64,000 bases of DNA from Stylophora pistillata. Lineage: Eukaryota. A program made the translations under genes and the position numbers. Below, piece by piece: positions 37,732 through 50,879 of the stretch (position 1 is its first letter; each line of letters starts with the position of its first letter). The stretch is taken from the NCBI RefSeq assembly GCF_002571385.2, contig NW_019217818.1:401594-465593 (forward strand), read 5' to 3'. A model generated the notes under the pieces. It did not search any database. It worked only from the letters and a program-made list of their open reading frames with translations, and had not been told where the DNA came from.

Positions 37732-40700
37732 ATGCCGATCACTAAACAACCTAAGAAAAATGAACCGTTGTGGAAGGAATGGGATTACAAGGCACAGAAG
37801 AAAGGCGTTCATCATACAGTGTATTCCGTGAACGGCGATCGGTACACTGGTGATTGGGACAGAAACCAAAAGAATGGTAAGTGGCCATGGAAGTCTCCTA
37901 CAAATTTGCTCGAGCAGTCTTAAGTAGTCGTATTCGGTAGCTTGATAGTTACCTCTTTAACATTACACACATTGATTGGCTGATGGCAAAAGCATATTAG
38001 CTCAAATTATTATGGTGTTTTATAACATCCTTGCATTTAAGTTTTCGTATGTTCAGCCCAGTAAGTCCCAAACATCCCTAACCACATTTGTATTGCAGTT
38101 AATTGCAACACTTTACAGTTTATTACGAGTTTGAAATACAAATTAAGATAAACAACGTTCGCAGTTAGTCACAGCTAGTCTAGCAAGAGTACAGAAATGC
38201 ATGACCCTAATAGAACTCATAAGTATCTTAGTGAAAAAGGGTCTTAAAACCAGAGTAATTAGTAATTTCTGTCGATTCCAACAAATAAGCCAAAAAAAAA
38301 AAAACATGTGAGTTACTTTACACTTTTAGAAGGAAAGACGCAAAGTCTACGTGCAAATATGTATGACTAGTTGATTACTATATCAACAAACGTTTTGAAT
38401 TAAAAAAAGAGGAAAAAAGAATTTTCAACTTCATTTTGAAAAGGGACGTGTTTGGCAAAGACAGCAAGATCTTCCCCCTCTGCTCCATATCTACATTAAA
38501 AACACTGTTTTGTATTTCAAAAGGAAAAGGAACTATGACATGGAAGAAGTCTGGTGCTATTTATGATGGAGATTGGAAGGATGATCATCGCTGTGGATTT
38601 GGCACATACAGTGTTCCTGAGGGAGGAGGATACAGGAAAGTTTACTCTGGTGGATGGAAAAATGATAAAAGACATGTATGTATTTGTGGCATTTATAGAA
38701 ATGCTCACAGTTACTCTAAACTAGAATCTTGAAAGAGTATGTAAGAAAATGATTTAAAAAATCTGAAGTTTATCCAAGTCTTTCATAATAGGTTTAAGAA
38801 TCCCTATTCCTTTGAGAAGTCTTGTCAAAAAAGAACAATGGTCTGGTTTACAATTATAGTTATAGTGCAAGAACATATGGGGCTATTTGATGAGGGGTGG
38901 GGTAAACACGATTCCTGAACTATTTTCATTAANNNNNNNNNNNNNNNNNNNNNNNNNNNNNNNNNNNNNNNNNNNNNNNNNNNNNNNNNNNNNNNNNNNN
39001 NNNNNNNNNNNNNNNNNNNNNNNNNNNNNNNNNNNNNNNNNNNNNNNNNNNNNNNNNNNNNNNNNNNNNNNNNNNNNNNNNNNNNNNNNNNNNNNNNNNN
39101 NNNNNNNNNNNNNNNNNNNNNNNNNNNNNNNNNNNNNNNNNNNNNNNNNNNNNNNNNNNNNNNNNNNNNNNNNNNNNNNNNNNNNNNNNNNNNNNNNNNN
39201 NNNNNNNNNNNNNNNNNNNNNNNNNNNNNNNNNNNNNNNNNNNNNNNNNNNNNNNNNNNNNNNNNNNNNNNNNNNNNNNNNNNNNNNNNNNNNNNNNNNN
39301 NNNNNNNNNNNNNNNNNNNNNNNNNNNNNNNNNNNNNNNNNNNNNNNNNNNNNNNNNNNNNNNNNNNNNNNNNNNNNNNNNNNNNNNNNNNNNNNNNNNN
39401 NNNNNNNNNNNNNNNNNNNNNNNNNNNNNNNNNNNNNNNNNNNNNNNNNNNNNNNNNNNNNNNNNNNNNNNNNNNNNNNNNNNNNNNNNNNNNNNNNNNN
39501 NNNNNNNNNNNNNNNNNNNNNNNNNNNNNNNNNNNNNNNNNNNNNNNNNNNNNNNNNNNNNNNNNNNNNNNNNNNNNNNNNNNNNNNNNNNNNNNNNNNN
39601 NNNNNNNNNGGGGAAAGAAATCAAAGTAGTCAAAAGAAAAGGTACTAATCGTTATAATTGAATTATTTAGTAGACCAAGGGGTTAATGTGACAGGAATGT
39701 CTACTTTCCCTAGAAGGTTGGCAGAGTTTATCAACTTTGGTCTGGAAATTGTTTTATACCTCCTATAGTATGCTAACTCTAGAAATCTTGGTACTTTAAC
39801 TTACCAACATTAGCACTACTGTCATAGTAAGAAGGTTGCCATTGGAGTTTTCTCAAATTATGTAAAAGAGACATTGTATGTTTATCTGTATACACCTGTT
39901 CACTGATTTATTCTTCCTCTGTAGGGTTATGGAACTAATTTCTACTCATATAATGAATACTATGAGGGGGAATGGTATGCAGACAAACGAAGTGGCTGGG
40001 GAAGAATGTATTTTTCTGATGGTTCAGTCTATGAGGGAGAATGGTACAACAATATGAGAACTGGCGAAGGAATGCTTAGACTTGGTAAGCTTGTTATTTA
40101 TTAGTGACATGTAATTTGCGAACCCACATTGATTGGTAAATAATATGTACTTGTTGACTGAGTGGGAGGGCCAGATGGGAAAATATTTTGCCCAAGGTCA
40201 TGATGTACAGACCGAGCTCAGCAAGGTCTGTGCCATGAACAAGATAAAGATCTTTTCACTTCACCCTTTCACTCCAAGGAGAGACCAACAAGGAATTTCT
40301 CCTTACAATATCCTTACATTTTCAAGCAGAAAAGTAACAAGAAGAAAATATCAATGAGAAGATATTTCTTGATTTAACATTAAATTCTCATAGCTAGAAT
40401 CATAATTAAGTAACATAAGGGGGATGGTACAGAGAATTCATTTTTAGATCTTAAAAGGGAAAGGGTTGACAAGAATGGCTTTCAGTGATCTGAAGAAGTG
40501 CTTCTCAATTACCTGACTCAGAAATCATGCTTTTGTTACATTAAGTAAGTTATGATACTTGTTACTTGTTTGGTAGCAAATGAAAATCGATATGAAGGTC
40601 AATGGAAAGATGACAAAAAACATGGCAAGGGTAAATTCTTCTATCTTGATCGAGGTCAGATGTACACTGGGGTGTGGTGTGACAACATTCCAAAATGTGG

Positions 40701-41806
40701 CACTATGGAAGATTTTGGTCGACATGAGGCTCCAAACCCAACAACGTACCCAATACCTGAGGTTTGTGTCTTGTTCCGAAAGATTAGCATTACTGATATG
40801 AAAACAACAATATCAAGATTTCTTTATAAGTGTAAGATCAAGGTTGCTTATAGATGAATGTTGTAAAGATTCAGATCCCAGACCTTCTAATTTTTTGGTT
40901 GAATGTTCAACCAACTGAGCATTAGAATAAAGGAATGCAGGTCTTAACTACTTCACTTTTTCACAATTTTCCTAGGGAGTATGCCTCCATACCCCCCCCA
41001 GAAGGGTGATACCTGTGACCAGTGGTGGATCCAGACCTTGAGCTAAGGGGGACCCAGTGTTTGTGTGTGTACACCTGCCAGCTTTTCTTCCTTCAATTTT
41101 TTTCACCCATAGTAAGGGAGGCCCAGGCCCTCCCTGCCCCTCCCCTAGATCCACCACTACCTGTGGCATCACAATCAAAGGCTGCTAGGTAAAAAATCTC
41201 ACTCATTGCCAGCACACCAACTTGAGAGCTTTGTTCTTAAAATGCAAAAAATGTTCTGTATACTGTCAAGATCAGCAATGCTAAAGGTGTCGGGTAGAAG
41301 ACAGAGTATCATAAACCCATATAAAAAACTTTGAACTTGGACTTACAAAACATAGGAAAGATGTTACACTATTTTCATGAACATGGGAAAAACATTCATT
41401 CCTGATTTCTGCCTTCAGGAACATAACTTTGTATTGCATTAGTAACACTTATATGTAATTGTTAACCCCTCTGACCCCTAAGAGTGACCAGCATCTAATT
41501 TCTCCTTACAATATCACCCCTGAAGCAAACATTAAGGTCAGGAGAATAAAGGAAATGATCATCAAGTAAACAAGCTCTCATTTGTTTCAAATTTCCCTTT
41601 ACCAGCACTTCAGGAAATGTAGAAAGAACAGTAAGGACAATATGCATACTGATGTCGAGGTGTACCAGTAAAGCATTAATACAAAATAATATTATTTGCA
41701 TAATTTTCCTTTTTTTTTTTTTTTTCAAATACAGTGCAAACTGCAAGATACAAGAGGAGTAATCAAAGATGCAGAAGATACATTCCTTGATGAACAACAA
41801 TCCTAG
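37732..41806 (+). CDS. MORN3: MORN repeat-containing protein 3, 5 exons, ~237 aa
   Basis: Exons 37732-37876, 38524-38675, 39925-40084, 40577-40761, 41735-41806; MP..K.PK..EPLWKEWD.KAQK.G..H.VY.VNGD.Y.G.W N-terminus and multiple YxGxW MORN repeats. Confidence 0.95.
41020..41159. mobile_element. hAT-type MITE
   Basis: TIR CAGTGGTGGATC / GATCCACCACTA; 8-bp TSD CCTGTGAC / CCTGTGGC. Confidence 0.75.
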
Positions 41807-43020
41807 TAGATTAATATAATTTTATTGAGTTGTCCCTATTTTTTTTTTTATGCAATGTACATACGAACAAAAGCCAAAGGCATATGGACTTTATAACAGA
41901 TAAAACCTAGTTCTATGAAAATGTGTCCTAAATTGAAGGAAATCAGTACAGCTAGATATCAGTACTGAACATTTAGCTTAGACTGAAACTAGTCACGAAC
42001 ATAAACTAATGCACGAGAGTAACTAGCATACGATTGTGTACAATTTGTTCAAAGAAGCTTGACCAGTATATCGAATGAGAAATGTACTATAGAAATAACC
42101 AATCTTGATTTGAAGAACCTTTTGCATTATTTATGAAAGACTTTTCTCCTTACTCCAAGAATTCTATTGATCAATTTTCTCACCAAGTACAACCTCTGCT
42201 TTTTGTAGACTACAACAATGTTTATAATTGTTAGCAGTTTGTTTACTCTGGTCTAGATAAGTTTCTGTAGTGTACAATGAATAAGCATTTTGTATTTCAC
42301 TGTAAAGTATAATGAGTTAAAATATTCTGTACAGCAGCCTTCTTGATACTCCAGTAATCATCATCAATTAAATAAAATATTCACACTGTTGATGCAGGTT
42401 CCAAATATCACACAAATAGTTTATACTGATTCCTTTGTAAATTTTAAATTATTATAGTAAAAACAAGAAGAATATAGCTAAATGGAATAGATGGGACCTC
42501 AATCTCCAACCTGTTAAATCATTTTTTTATGGTACAAATATTGCCATTGTATATTGGATCACCTTTTCACTTCACTTACATGTCCATGCACAAACCACTT
42601 TCAACTAGTTCAAATCTCCTTGTTGATGAAAAGAAATTAATCAAATCCTGTAGTAGAATGACAGCTTAAATTTGCAAAATCAGTAGTACAAATCCTGGCC
42701 AAAGTAAACAGTTATAACAAAAAAGCCTTTGGTAAATTTCCTAAGAATGAAATCACAAGAAGTCAAACTTAGACAAGGTTACAACGAATTTAAAAATTTT
42801 CAGCCTTGTATGCTCAGTATCCAAGTTAGCAAATACCTTACTTGTATGTTAAAAGGGAGGCCTTAGTCTCATACAAAGTCATGAATGCATTTACAGTAAT
42901 TTACAACTATTCCATGTCAATACATTTGACAAAAATAACGAAGTATTACACATCAGAGACAGAGAGTAAATAAGACCACAATACACTTATCAATAGACCT
43001 AATATAANTATAACAAATCT

Positions 43021-43164
43021 CTTATTAACCAAGTTTGCTCGGGACTGTACTGGAAGAATATCGGCCCTCAGTCTTTTTTGTACGGACCGAGCGCAGCTTG
43101 GTCCGTACTGTCAAGACCTCAGGCCGATATTCTCCCAGTACGGCCCTCATGCTCGGTTGATAAG
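43021..43164. mobile_element. Crypton/Eulor-like hairpin element
   Basis: 144-bp bulged palindrome CTTATTAACC...GGTTGATAAG; same family in the opposite orientation at 57957-58100. Confidence 0.7.
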
Positions 43165-43707
43165 ATATATATACACTTATCAATACACCTATTATAACCA
43201 ACAATAATGACATACTGATTATATTGCTTGTGGTTTAAACCTTTAATTCCCAAGATCTAACTGTTAATTCTCCCACTTGCTGCTGCACATTTCTTCATAA
43301 ATTAGTTACCAGAATTTGGTTTTAGATCAAGATAACTTCTTGCTGATAAATTTGAATATTCTCATTGCTTGTTTGCCAAACAATATATGGATATTATAGG
43401 GAGAGTAAATGTTTATCACTTCTTGGTCAGGAGTTTCATAATTTACTGTTTTAGAGCAATTTGTAACTTATCCTTCCAAAAGTGATAATCATGTCTCTTT
43501 CCTTTACAGTTCCAAAAGATTATTCAGAAAAAGGTTATGAGAAAACACAAACATGTAAGCTAGAGGGTGTTATCTTGGAATTCAATTTCTCTAAGAAATT
43601 ATAAGGAATTGAGAAGCAGTGAAAAAGGAGGATTGCAAGTCAGACTGATTTTGGGAGGCACAGCCATAACAAGGAGCATGCCAACAAAAAGTGGTGTACA
43701 AACTATC

Positions 43708-46660
43708 TCAGACCCTGTGATTAGGACATGGACTGGCTGCTGGTGAGCTTGGTGCTGTTCCTGTATCTGTGTGCAGTTGGTTTGCAATCTGTTGCAGTTC
43801 TTCAATTCCCTGGAAAGACCTTTCATACTTGTGTTGGACAAGAGATCGGTAAAAATGCAAGGCAAACCATACAAACACAATGCATACAGGAACTAATACC
43901 ACAGAAGCAGCCACTGCCGCAGGCTTACTGTAATTGTAAAACTTCACCCAACAGAGTATTGCAATCTCTGCTAAAAAAAGAAGCGTCCCAAGGCCAGTTG
44001 AGAAAATCCATGCTATTTCAATGTGCATGTGAAGTTTTTCGTGAGGAGAATCTTGTACAATTTGGGTTCCTTGTTGGTGAATATTTGCCACACCATCAAT
44101 ATTTGGCAGAATACAGACAGATATCATAAGTGCAAAGACATGAACTGAGATCAGAATGGTAGTCATCACACTGAATGCTATCAAAAGCCCTTCCGGCACA
44201 CCTGGTTCTAACTGAATTTCCACCATGGCTACCTAAGAATGAAACAAGGAAAAGGTCCTTCAAAGAACAGAAAATGCACTGAAGTGTCCCATCCAATTAT
44301 AGGAAGGATGGTATAGCGACAATAGTCCATGGAGAGAGGGTGAGATAATCAACTAAGTTTTGCATGTACATACAGATACCTTTAGTCCAAACTCTTTTCT
44401 CTTTGACTGGAAGTTGCCAATTTCAAACACCCGTAGAAATGAAACTGCTCAAATACACCCTCTCCTGAGTAACTATCGATGAAAAGTCTAGTCACGAAGT
44501 ATGGTAATTACATTTTCTTGTCACCTTCACTCCAAGGGCACCAGATGGCCATTAAAAATTATAGAATATCGAAATGACTCTACATCTCTATTAAGGTCTG
44601 ACCTATGAAAATTGTATCTTCATAGGATAGAGTATCACTCCAAATAGCCCATGATAAGTTGTCTTCTATTCTGGCTCTATATAACCTAGAGACTTTCTAT
44701 TAATGAACCAGACTGAGTGCTAAAACACACCCAGAAGGTTGAGCAAACACCAGAAAAGTTTAAAAATCAAGCAACTCAAAGGAGGCAGTGTGGCCGAGTG
44801 GTTAGAGTGTCAGACTCGTAATCCGCCGCTCCCAGGTTCGTGTCCCACCCTGACCACTGGATTTGTTTCTCGGTGGCCCAGAGTTCAGATCCTTGGCCAC
44901 CCTTGTAAATAGCCAACTGGTTTGCCTCCGGCCAGTTGGGGTTCTTAATGATGTTCTTAATGATGTTATGTTCAATTTAGACCATTTGTTTCATTTGTTT
45001 GCAAGGACCACAATGGAAACTACTGGTTCACCAGTAATTGTGTAATCCTATAAAAAGACTTTTTTTTTTTTTAACTGCCGCTCATGATTTACAAACTTTT
45101 CAAGTGTTCTCTCAACATCCCAAGTGGGTAATTCTGCCAGTAAACAAATAGAAAATTACAGTCAGTTGCTTTTATAAAATAAACTTAGAATTCTACAATG
45201 TTTGATAGATCAGATACAATGAATATATGAAGTTCATATATTTGAACTGCGGTATTAGATACGTATGATGCACGATCCTCGCAGTAGATAGCGCTATTTA
45301 TGCAATAGCGAAAATCAGACCAAAAAAAAAAAAAAAAATCAGGCCTGTACGGGACTCGAACCACTGACCTCTGCGATACTAGTGCAGGGCTCTACCAATT
45401 GAGCTAACAAGCCAACTGGGAGCAGGCCGTTAAGTTGATTCATAATAAACCCGTGAAAGTGATAAATCAGATACAATGAATATATGAAGTTCATATATTT
45501 TGAACTGCGGTATTAGATACGTATGATGCACGATCCTCGCAGTAGATAGCGCTATTTATGCAATAGCGAAAATCAGACCAATGTTTGATGGGTTTACCAG
45601 TACATTAAATGATAGGTTTTTGACCAATCAGGGCCCTCATAGTATCTCAGTTATTTTATAAACTGAATATTTAATTTCCACATTACATAAAAGTCAACCA
45701 AAGATTCCACAAACCTACATTGTACTACAATTCAACAGTGTTCGACTGGTACTTATCAAAGTGTAAACAAAAAATTCTGCAAATGCAAGAAAGATAAACT
45801 TCTGATAACAATGGAGACTCATGATAAACAATCAAATTAACACAATAGTTATTTTACCACAATTGGCAGTAATGCTACAATCTGATTGGCCAATTTTCTG
45901 TTGCCGATAAGAGTACAGACAACGCTGCTGGTATCAGTGTGTCACGTAACATGTCATGCACTGAAAGAAATGTTTTATTTGATGTCAATATCATGCTAAA
46001 AAACAAATCGACAGTGGTTTAGCTTGGTCTGTACTTGGCCATTCAGATTGCAATATTACAGCCGATTGAGGTGAACATTCTTATCAACTGCAATATTCAT
46101 CATCACAGACGTCAAAATTTGTAGCAGACTCACTGAGGTGCGCCTCGTGAGTCCACAACATTCTGACCCCTGTGATAACGAATATAATTTGTTTTCGGTA
46201 AGGGTACAGACCATGCTAAACCACTATCGATTTGTGATTTTAATTGACGAAACATACTTTGTAAACAAAAACATTCCAAAAATAAGCAGCGTAAGGAAAG
46301 ATCCGCACACTATAATATTTCTCTGCTAAATATCACAAACATCAAATAAAGTCATGGGCAAGATTTCCGTATAACCCCATACTTCATTATACAATTCTTG
46401 GATAAAAGAAAGCAGAGGCAAAACAACAGATTACCTCCGGGACTTCGGCTTTGTTTTTGATTGGTATGGGGTTATACGGAAATATTTCCAAGTCATATTC
46501 TGTTTCCTAAAGTCAATATAATTTGAAGCATTAAAACACTAACCATTGCAAAACCAGACATCAAAGCCGATGTGCGACTTGATGCTTTCAGCTTTCCACG
46601 GGTGAGAAAGAGTCTTTTCACCGTCAGTTTTTGTACACACTCTTCCTCTGCGTGCTTCAT
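43708..46660 (-). CDS. ORAI: Calcium release-activated calcium channel Orai, 2 coding exons, ~213 aa
   Basis: Exons 46544-46660 and 43708-44232; [16 protein letters not shown]|VAMVE (selectivity-filter Glu retained), [44 protein letters not shown]. Confidence 0.97.
44781..45010 (+). mobile_element. tRNA-derived SINE
   Basis: A box TGGCCGAGTGG, B box GGTTCGTGTCC, then a non-tRNA body; in the ORAI intron. Confidence 0.75.
45207..45578 (-). mobile_element. Terminally redundant tRNA-containing retro-element (257-bp unit, ~1.4 copies)
   Basis: Direct repeats 45209-45321 and 45466-45579 differ by one T indel; tRNA-like core between them; 11-bp TSD CAATGTTTGAT (45196-45206 and 45579-45589). Confidence 0.85.
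45341..45413 (-). pseudogene. tRNA-Thr(AGT)-like pseudogene within the repeat
   Basis: GGCTTGT-TA-GCTC..GAGC-C-CTGCA CTAGTAT CGCAG-AGGTC-AGTGG TTCGAGT CCCGT-ACAGGCC-T followed by oligo-T; T-stem has two mismatches. Confidence 0.7.
45849..46245. mobile_element. Crypton/Eulor-like element (degenerate)
   Basis: TTATTTTA..CTGATTGG at one end; hairpin centred on GACTCACTGAGGTGCGCCTCGTGAGTC at ~46128-46154. Confidence 0.5.
46356..46489. mobile_element. MITE, same family as 11725-11941 (ORAI intron 1)
   Basis: TIRs GGCAAGATTTCCGTATAACCCCATAC / GTATGGGGTTATACGGAAATATTTCC; flanking direct repeat AAGTCAT. Confidence 0.75.
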
Positions 46661-48654
46661 GTCAATTTTTTCTCATTTGTGAGGATCAGCTGGATGTCCT
46701 TTTATATTTTAAGGAGACTTTTATCCAGTACAAACACGTATTTTTGCTAAACCGACATGGCGGTAATAACCCATACTGTATTTATTTATTTCAGGGTAGT
46801 ACCCGCTGACCAATCAGCGTGGATGTTTTTTGTTAATAGGTGACTGCGTGACAGGTGTCACGCCTTCTAATATCACGGACGTAAAAAAGAAGAGAAGACA
46901 TACATTTTTTTTAGGTGTCAAAAAAAAAATACACACAATCAGACATTTTCTCTGAAAAACTGTTTCATGTCCTGAAATATAAAAAGGCTGCTTTTTAGGA
47001 CAAGCACCAATGCCAGAAAGAATTTGGGTTTGATAAGGCTCGCGTCTCCAAACACCAAATCAACCTACAAAATCACTACAAAATCACTCGAGCATGAGTT
47101 GAATTCAGGCCATTTGGTATTGACGAGAATTAGTTCTGAACTTGAAGAAAGTTCAACTTGAACGTGATCACGTGCGAAACAGACATGTCTACTTAATGGA
47201 TACTCATTTGGGCTCGAAGTGAAGTTGGTTAAACTTGAGACTTAGTCTTCGATTTAAATTATCCAGTTTTGGCCGATGGCTAATCAACTCGGCGATACAG
47301 GAACTGATAGGCACTGATTTCGAAGGTTTTTTAGCGCTTAAAAAAAGGTGTTTTGACAATTGTTCAAACCCCTCCCCCCCTCCCTTCCCTTCCGTGATTG
47401 ATGAAACAGGCGAAGCAATTAAATAAGCCGAATTCAGATACTTACATTTATTGGTAACAACATTATAAACGTTATAATGCTTACAGCTAAATATAGATTT
47501 TAAGTAGAGCTACATATGCGACAAATGCGGGAATTGATCACCCCAAAAACTACTAAAGATCATCGTTACAGATGACAATAATCAGGCCTGAGAAAAGAGA
47601 ATTGGTCATTTAAGCGAAAGGATTGTGTAAATTAAAGTTCCCTTAATTTCAAAAAGTACAAATGTAGTAGATAAAGAATTTGTTAACTTAACAACAGAAA
47701 GTGCTCTTAATAAACTACTATCAAACTAATCCTATATCGGTATTGGAAAAGAAAGTCAGGTCTAACTGAGCACAAATTATTTAAAGCAACCCCTGATATA
47801 CAAGTACAACGTTTTCTAGTAGTCTTTCTTTCTCTTTGTAGTCTTGGTATAATGGAAAGAATTTTTGAGTCTGCAAAATTCATAACCCAAACCGACAGAA
47901 TTTTATTCAAATACAAATAAATTCAGTGGCACTCAATCAGACGCCTATGTGCAGCGAAACAATTTTGCAGTAGTCTTAGATTTACCACCTGACCTAATCT
48001 ATTTTATTTGTTTGGGGGTTTTTTTTGTTTGCTTTTTTGTTGTTGTTGTCTTTTTTTTTTGTTTTGTTTTTGTCAGTTGTTGTTGTTTTTTCTTTCTATT
48101 CATGTTACTGAAAAAAATTTGATGAAATAATCATTTGTTGACTTAAACTCTCCTGACTAGAGAGACATTTCTATACTATATTCGATTAAATCTTGAAACT
48201 GCTTACTGCAAGAAAGGACTAAAACGTACTATAGCACAATCAGAAAAAGTCCATTCCCTAACCACTGCTTACTCCTTTCAAGAGCTTAACAGTCGATCTC
48301 AAGAGTACATAATGAATCACTAGATCAAGTCCTTTTTCACGATGTAGGTCCTTTCTTGCAAACATTGTTTAAAAAAAAATTTTCAAACTGAATTCTTTAC
48401 CCGAAAAAAATTAATATAGTTCACAAACGTTTATGATATTAAAACTCAACTCTGTGGATACAGAGATATGTCCATTGAAACTCGTTTGTCCGTGTAATCT
48501 TTTTGGCTACAATTGAGGCGCACTTTGTAAAACACTGTTAAAAATTCTAAAGTAACAAGAAGCTTTCACATGTAATAAACAAAAGGTTTAAAGAATCAGC
48601 AAAATGAATAATACTACTATTATATCACTTCTTTATGGACAATAGAAGATGAGG

Positions 48655-50879
48655 CTACTCAATTATCTGAACCCGACCATTTCCTACGTCAACAACAAGT
48701 ATTCTACCATCTCCGAGAATTGCTGTAGAGGATGGTCCATCAAATTGTCCTATTTTTTTACCCTTTGTGCCAAATTTTCCTATAAACTTTCCATTTAGTT
48801 CAAATACCTGAATTCTATCATTCCGTAAGTCAGAGACCATCAGGTGTTCAGCTTTGTTAATTGACAAATAAGTCGGCCCATCGAACTCCCCATCCTGTGT
48901 GCCAAACTTTCTAAATTTGTACAGAAAATGTCCAGATTCGTCGAAAACTTTAATACAGTGTTCCTCATAGTCTGACAATATGAATATTCCTTGTACTGGA
49001 TGCAGTGAGTGGCAGTGGTGAAAGAACCCTCAGAGCCTATGCTACGGAGAAACTGGCCGGTACGAGAAAATATCATAACTTTCTCATTTTCGTCATCAGC
49101 AACAATATAATTTCCGTCACTACCGATAGATAACCCGCAAGGACTGCCGAATTGGTGATCAAGATTTCCCTTTTCACCAAACTTGTTAAGGAATACCCCC
49201 TTTCCACTGAATAGTTGAATTCGGTGATCATCTGAATCTGCTATGAAGATGGTTCCGTCATCGTTATCAATTGCAATTCCTTCAGGCGAGTTTAACTCTC
49301 CCTCTTTACCTCCCTTATACCCAAAAGATCTTAAGTAAGTTCCATCACTACTGAATACCTTTACCCTGTTGGTACGATTGTCAGTGACTACAATTTCATC
49401 GCGTTCGTTTACTGCCACTCACCAGGGTAAAGCAAAATCTTTATTGCCTGAACCAAATTTTCCGAAGGATAACACGGGTCTGAACTGTCTTGGTTTTACT
49501 TCAACTGTAAAGGGACTGTCACGAATGTGCTCTCCATTGACCTTCACGGACACAAGGCATTTTCCGGTTTCTTAAGCAAAATAGCTGATCTTGTAACTTC
49601 CATCTTCGATGTCCTGGACTCGAGTCTCTATTGCACCGTCATGGCTTTCCAGATTTTTGATCTCCACAGTTACATAGTCACGCTTTTCATAACACTGTGC
49701 CGGCTCCTTTAGCGTTTCTTGTTGTCAAAACTATGTTTGCTTCTAGTCCAATGGTTGCTTCACTGATTCCTTTTCCTGAGGCGCTTGACTCAGCTGAACT
49801 AGTAAGAAGAACTTTAACAAAGCCAATTTTGTCAGTCCATGTAAAATCGAACAATCTTTGATTTCTCACAAATCCAAAATCTGCAGTGTTCTGATTGCCA
49901 ATGGGAAGGTAAGCTAGCTCAACTTCAGTGACCCTGAAATATTTCTTCTAGAATTGTGTTTGACTACATAATTTCAGTGCTAATGTTCCTTTGCAGAATT
50001 GCCTCAGTTGCTCCGATTTCTGTTTCAGTTATTTTAACTTGGTTTTCAATCTCACCTCTTTGTATTTTCAGACGCTGCATGGACTCTGCCGCTCTGTTGT
50101 CTAAGTAATCAAAGCTTTCTTGCTTCTGCGCTTCCATGACGGCCATCATGTTGTCCACAAACTGCTGCACGCCTTTCTTTACACTGGCGACATGGTCTTG
50201 AATTTTGGCACAGTCCGAGTCAAGTTAAGCAATTTCTCGCCTCCTCTCCGATGCTGTTTTCTTCTGATTCTCGAGCACTAACTTTGGTTTTAATTTTCGT
50301 TCATTTGCAGCTTCTTCCAAAAGCATCTTGGCGTGACCGTCATGATTAGTGGCAACACACGAATGGCAAATTGGAACACAGCAATCTCTGCAGAAAAACT
50401 CCAATTCCTTACTCTCGCTTCAAAATGTTTGCAAAATCTTGGTCCTTAAAGTCTTTGAGCGCTAGTACACGGTGTTCCTTATTCGCTTTCATTCCATTGT
50501 CAAAACTGATGCAGTTGGCCTTGCACCAGAATGCACAACATTGAAAGCAATAGAAACTCTGGGAGCTCTTCTCGTTGCAATTTCCACACGTAACTCCAAT
50601 GGCATTGCACTCTTTAATGGCCAACGCGTCAAGCAGACTGTTGATGCGAAAGTTAGTTGGAAGATCCTTAAGATTTCCACTACCAGGAACTTGAATCTCC
50701 ATTCGACATTCAGGGCATGCAATGACATCACGGCGGCCACTAGTTCGATGAATCCCGTTCAAACAATTCAAGCAAAAAACATGTAAACATGGCAGCGTTT
50801 TTGGATCAGTGAGTGTGTTTATACACACAGAACAGGAGACCTCTTCATGAAGATTGTTAAGTAAGGTTTTGATATCCAT
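48655..50879 (-). pseudogene. Intronless TRIM-NHL (TRIM71/TRIM2-like) E3 ligase pseudogene
   Basis: MDIKTLL..RING (CSVC..LPCLHVFCLNC..CPEC), B-boxes, coiled coil, filamin-like segment and NHL repeats in order; premature stop at 50409-50411, further stops and several frameshifts. Confidence 0.85.

Noticed and set aside
38887-39648. Long ORFs in the ORF track
   Set aside because: Artefacts of N gaps (also 23632-23868 and 6717-7198).
45341-45413. Functional tRNA-Thr gene
   Set aside because: T-stem and anticodon-stem mismatches; embedded in a TSD-flanked repeat.
47200-47430. Open frames on both strands upstream of ORAI
   Set aside because: No recognisable homology and no convincing splice or start context.
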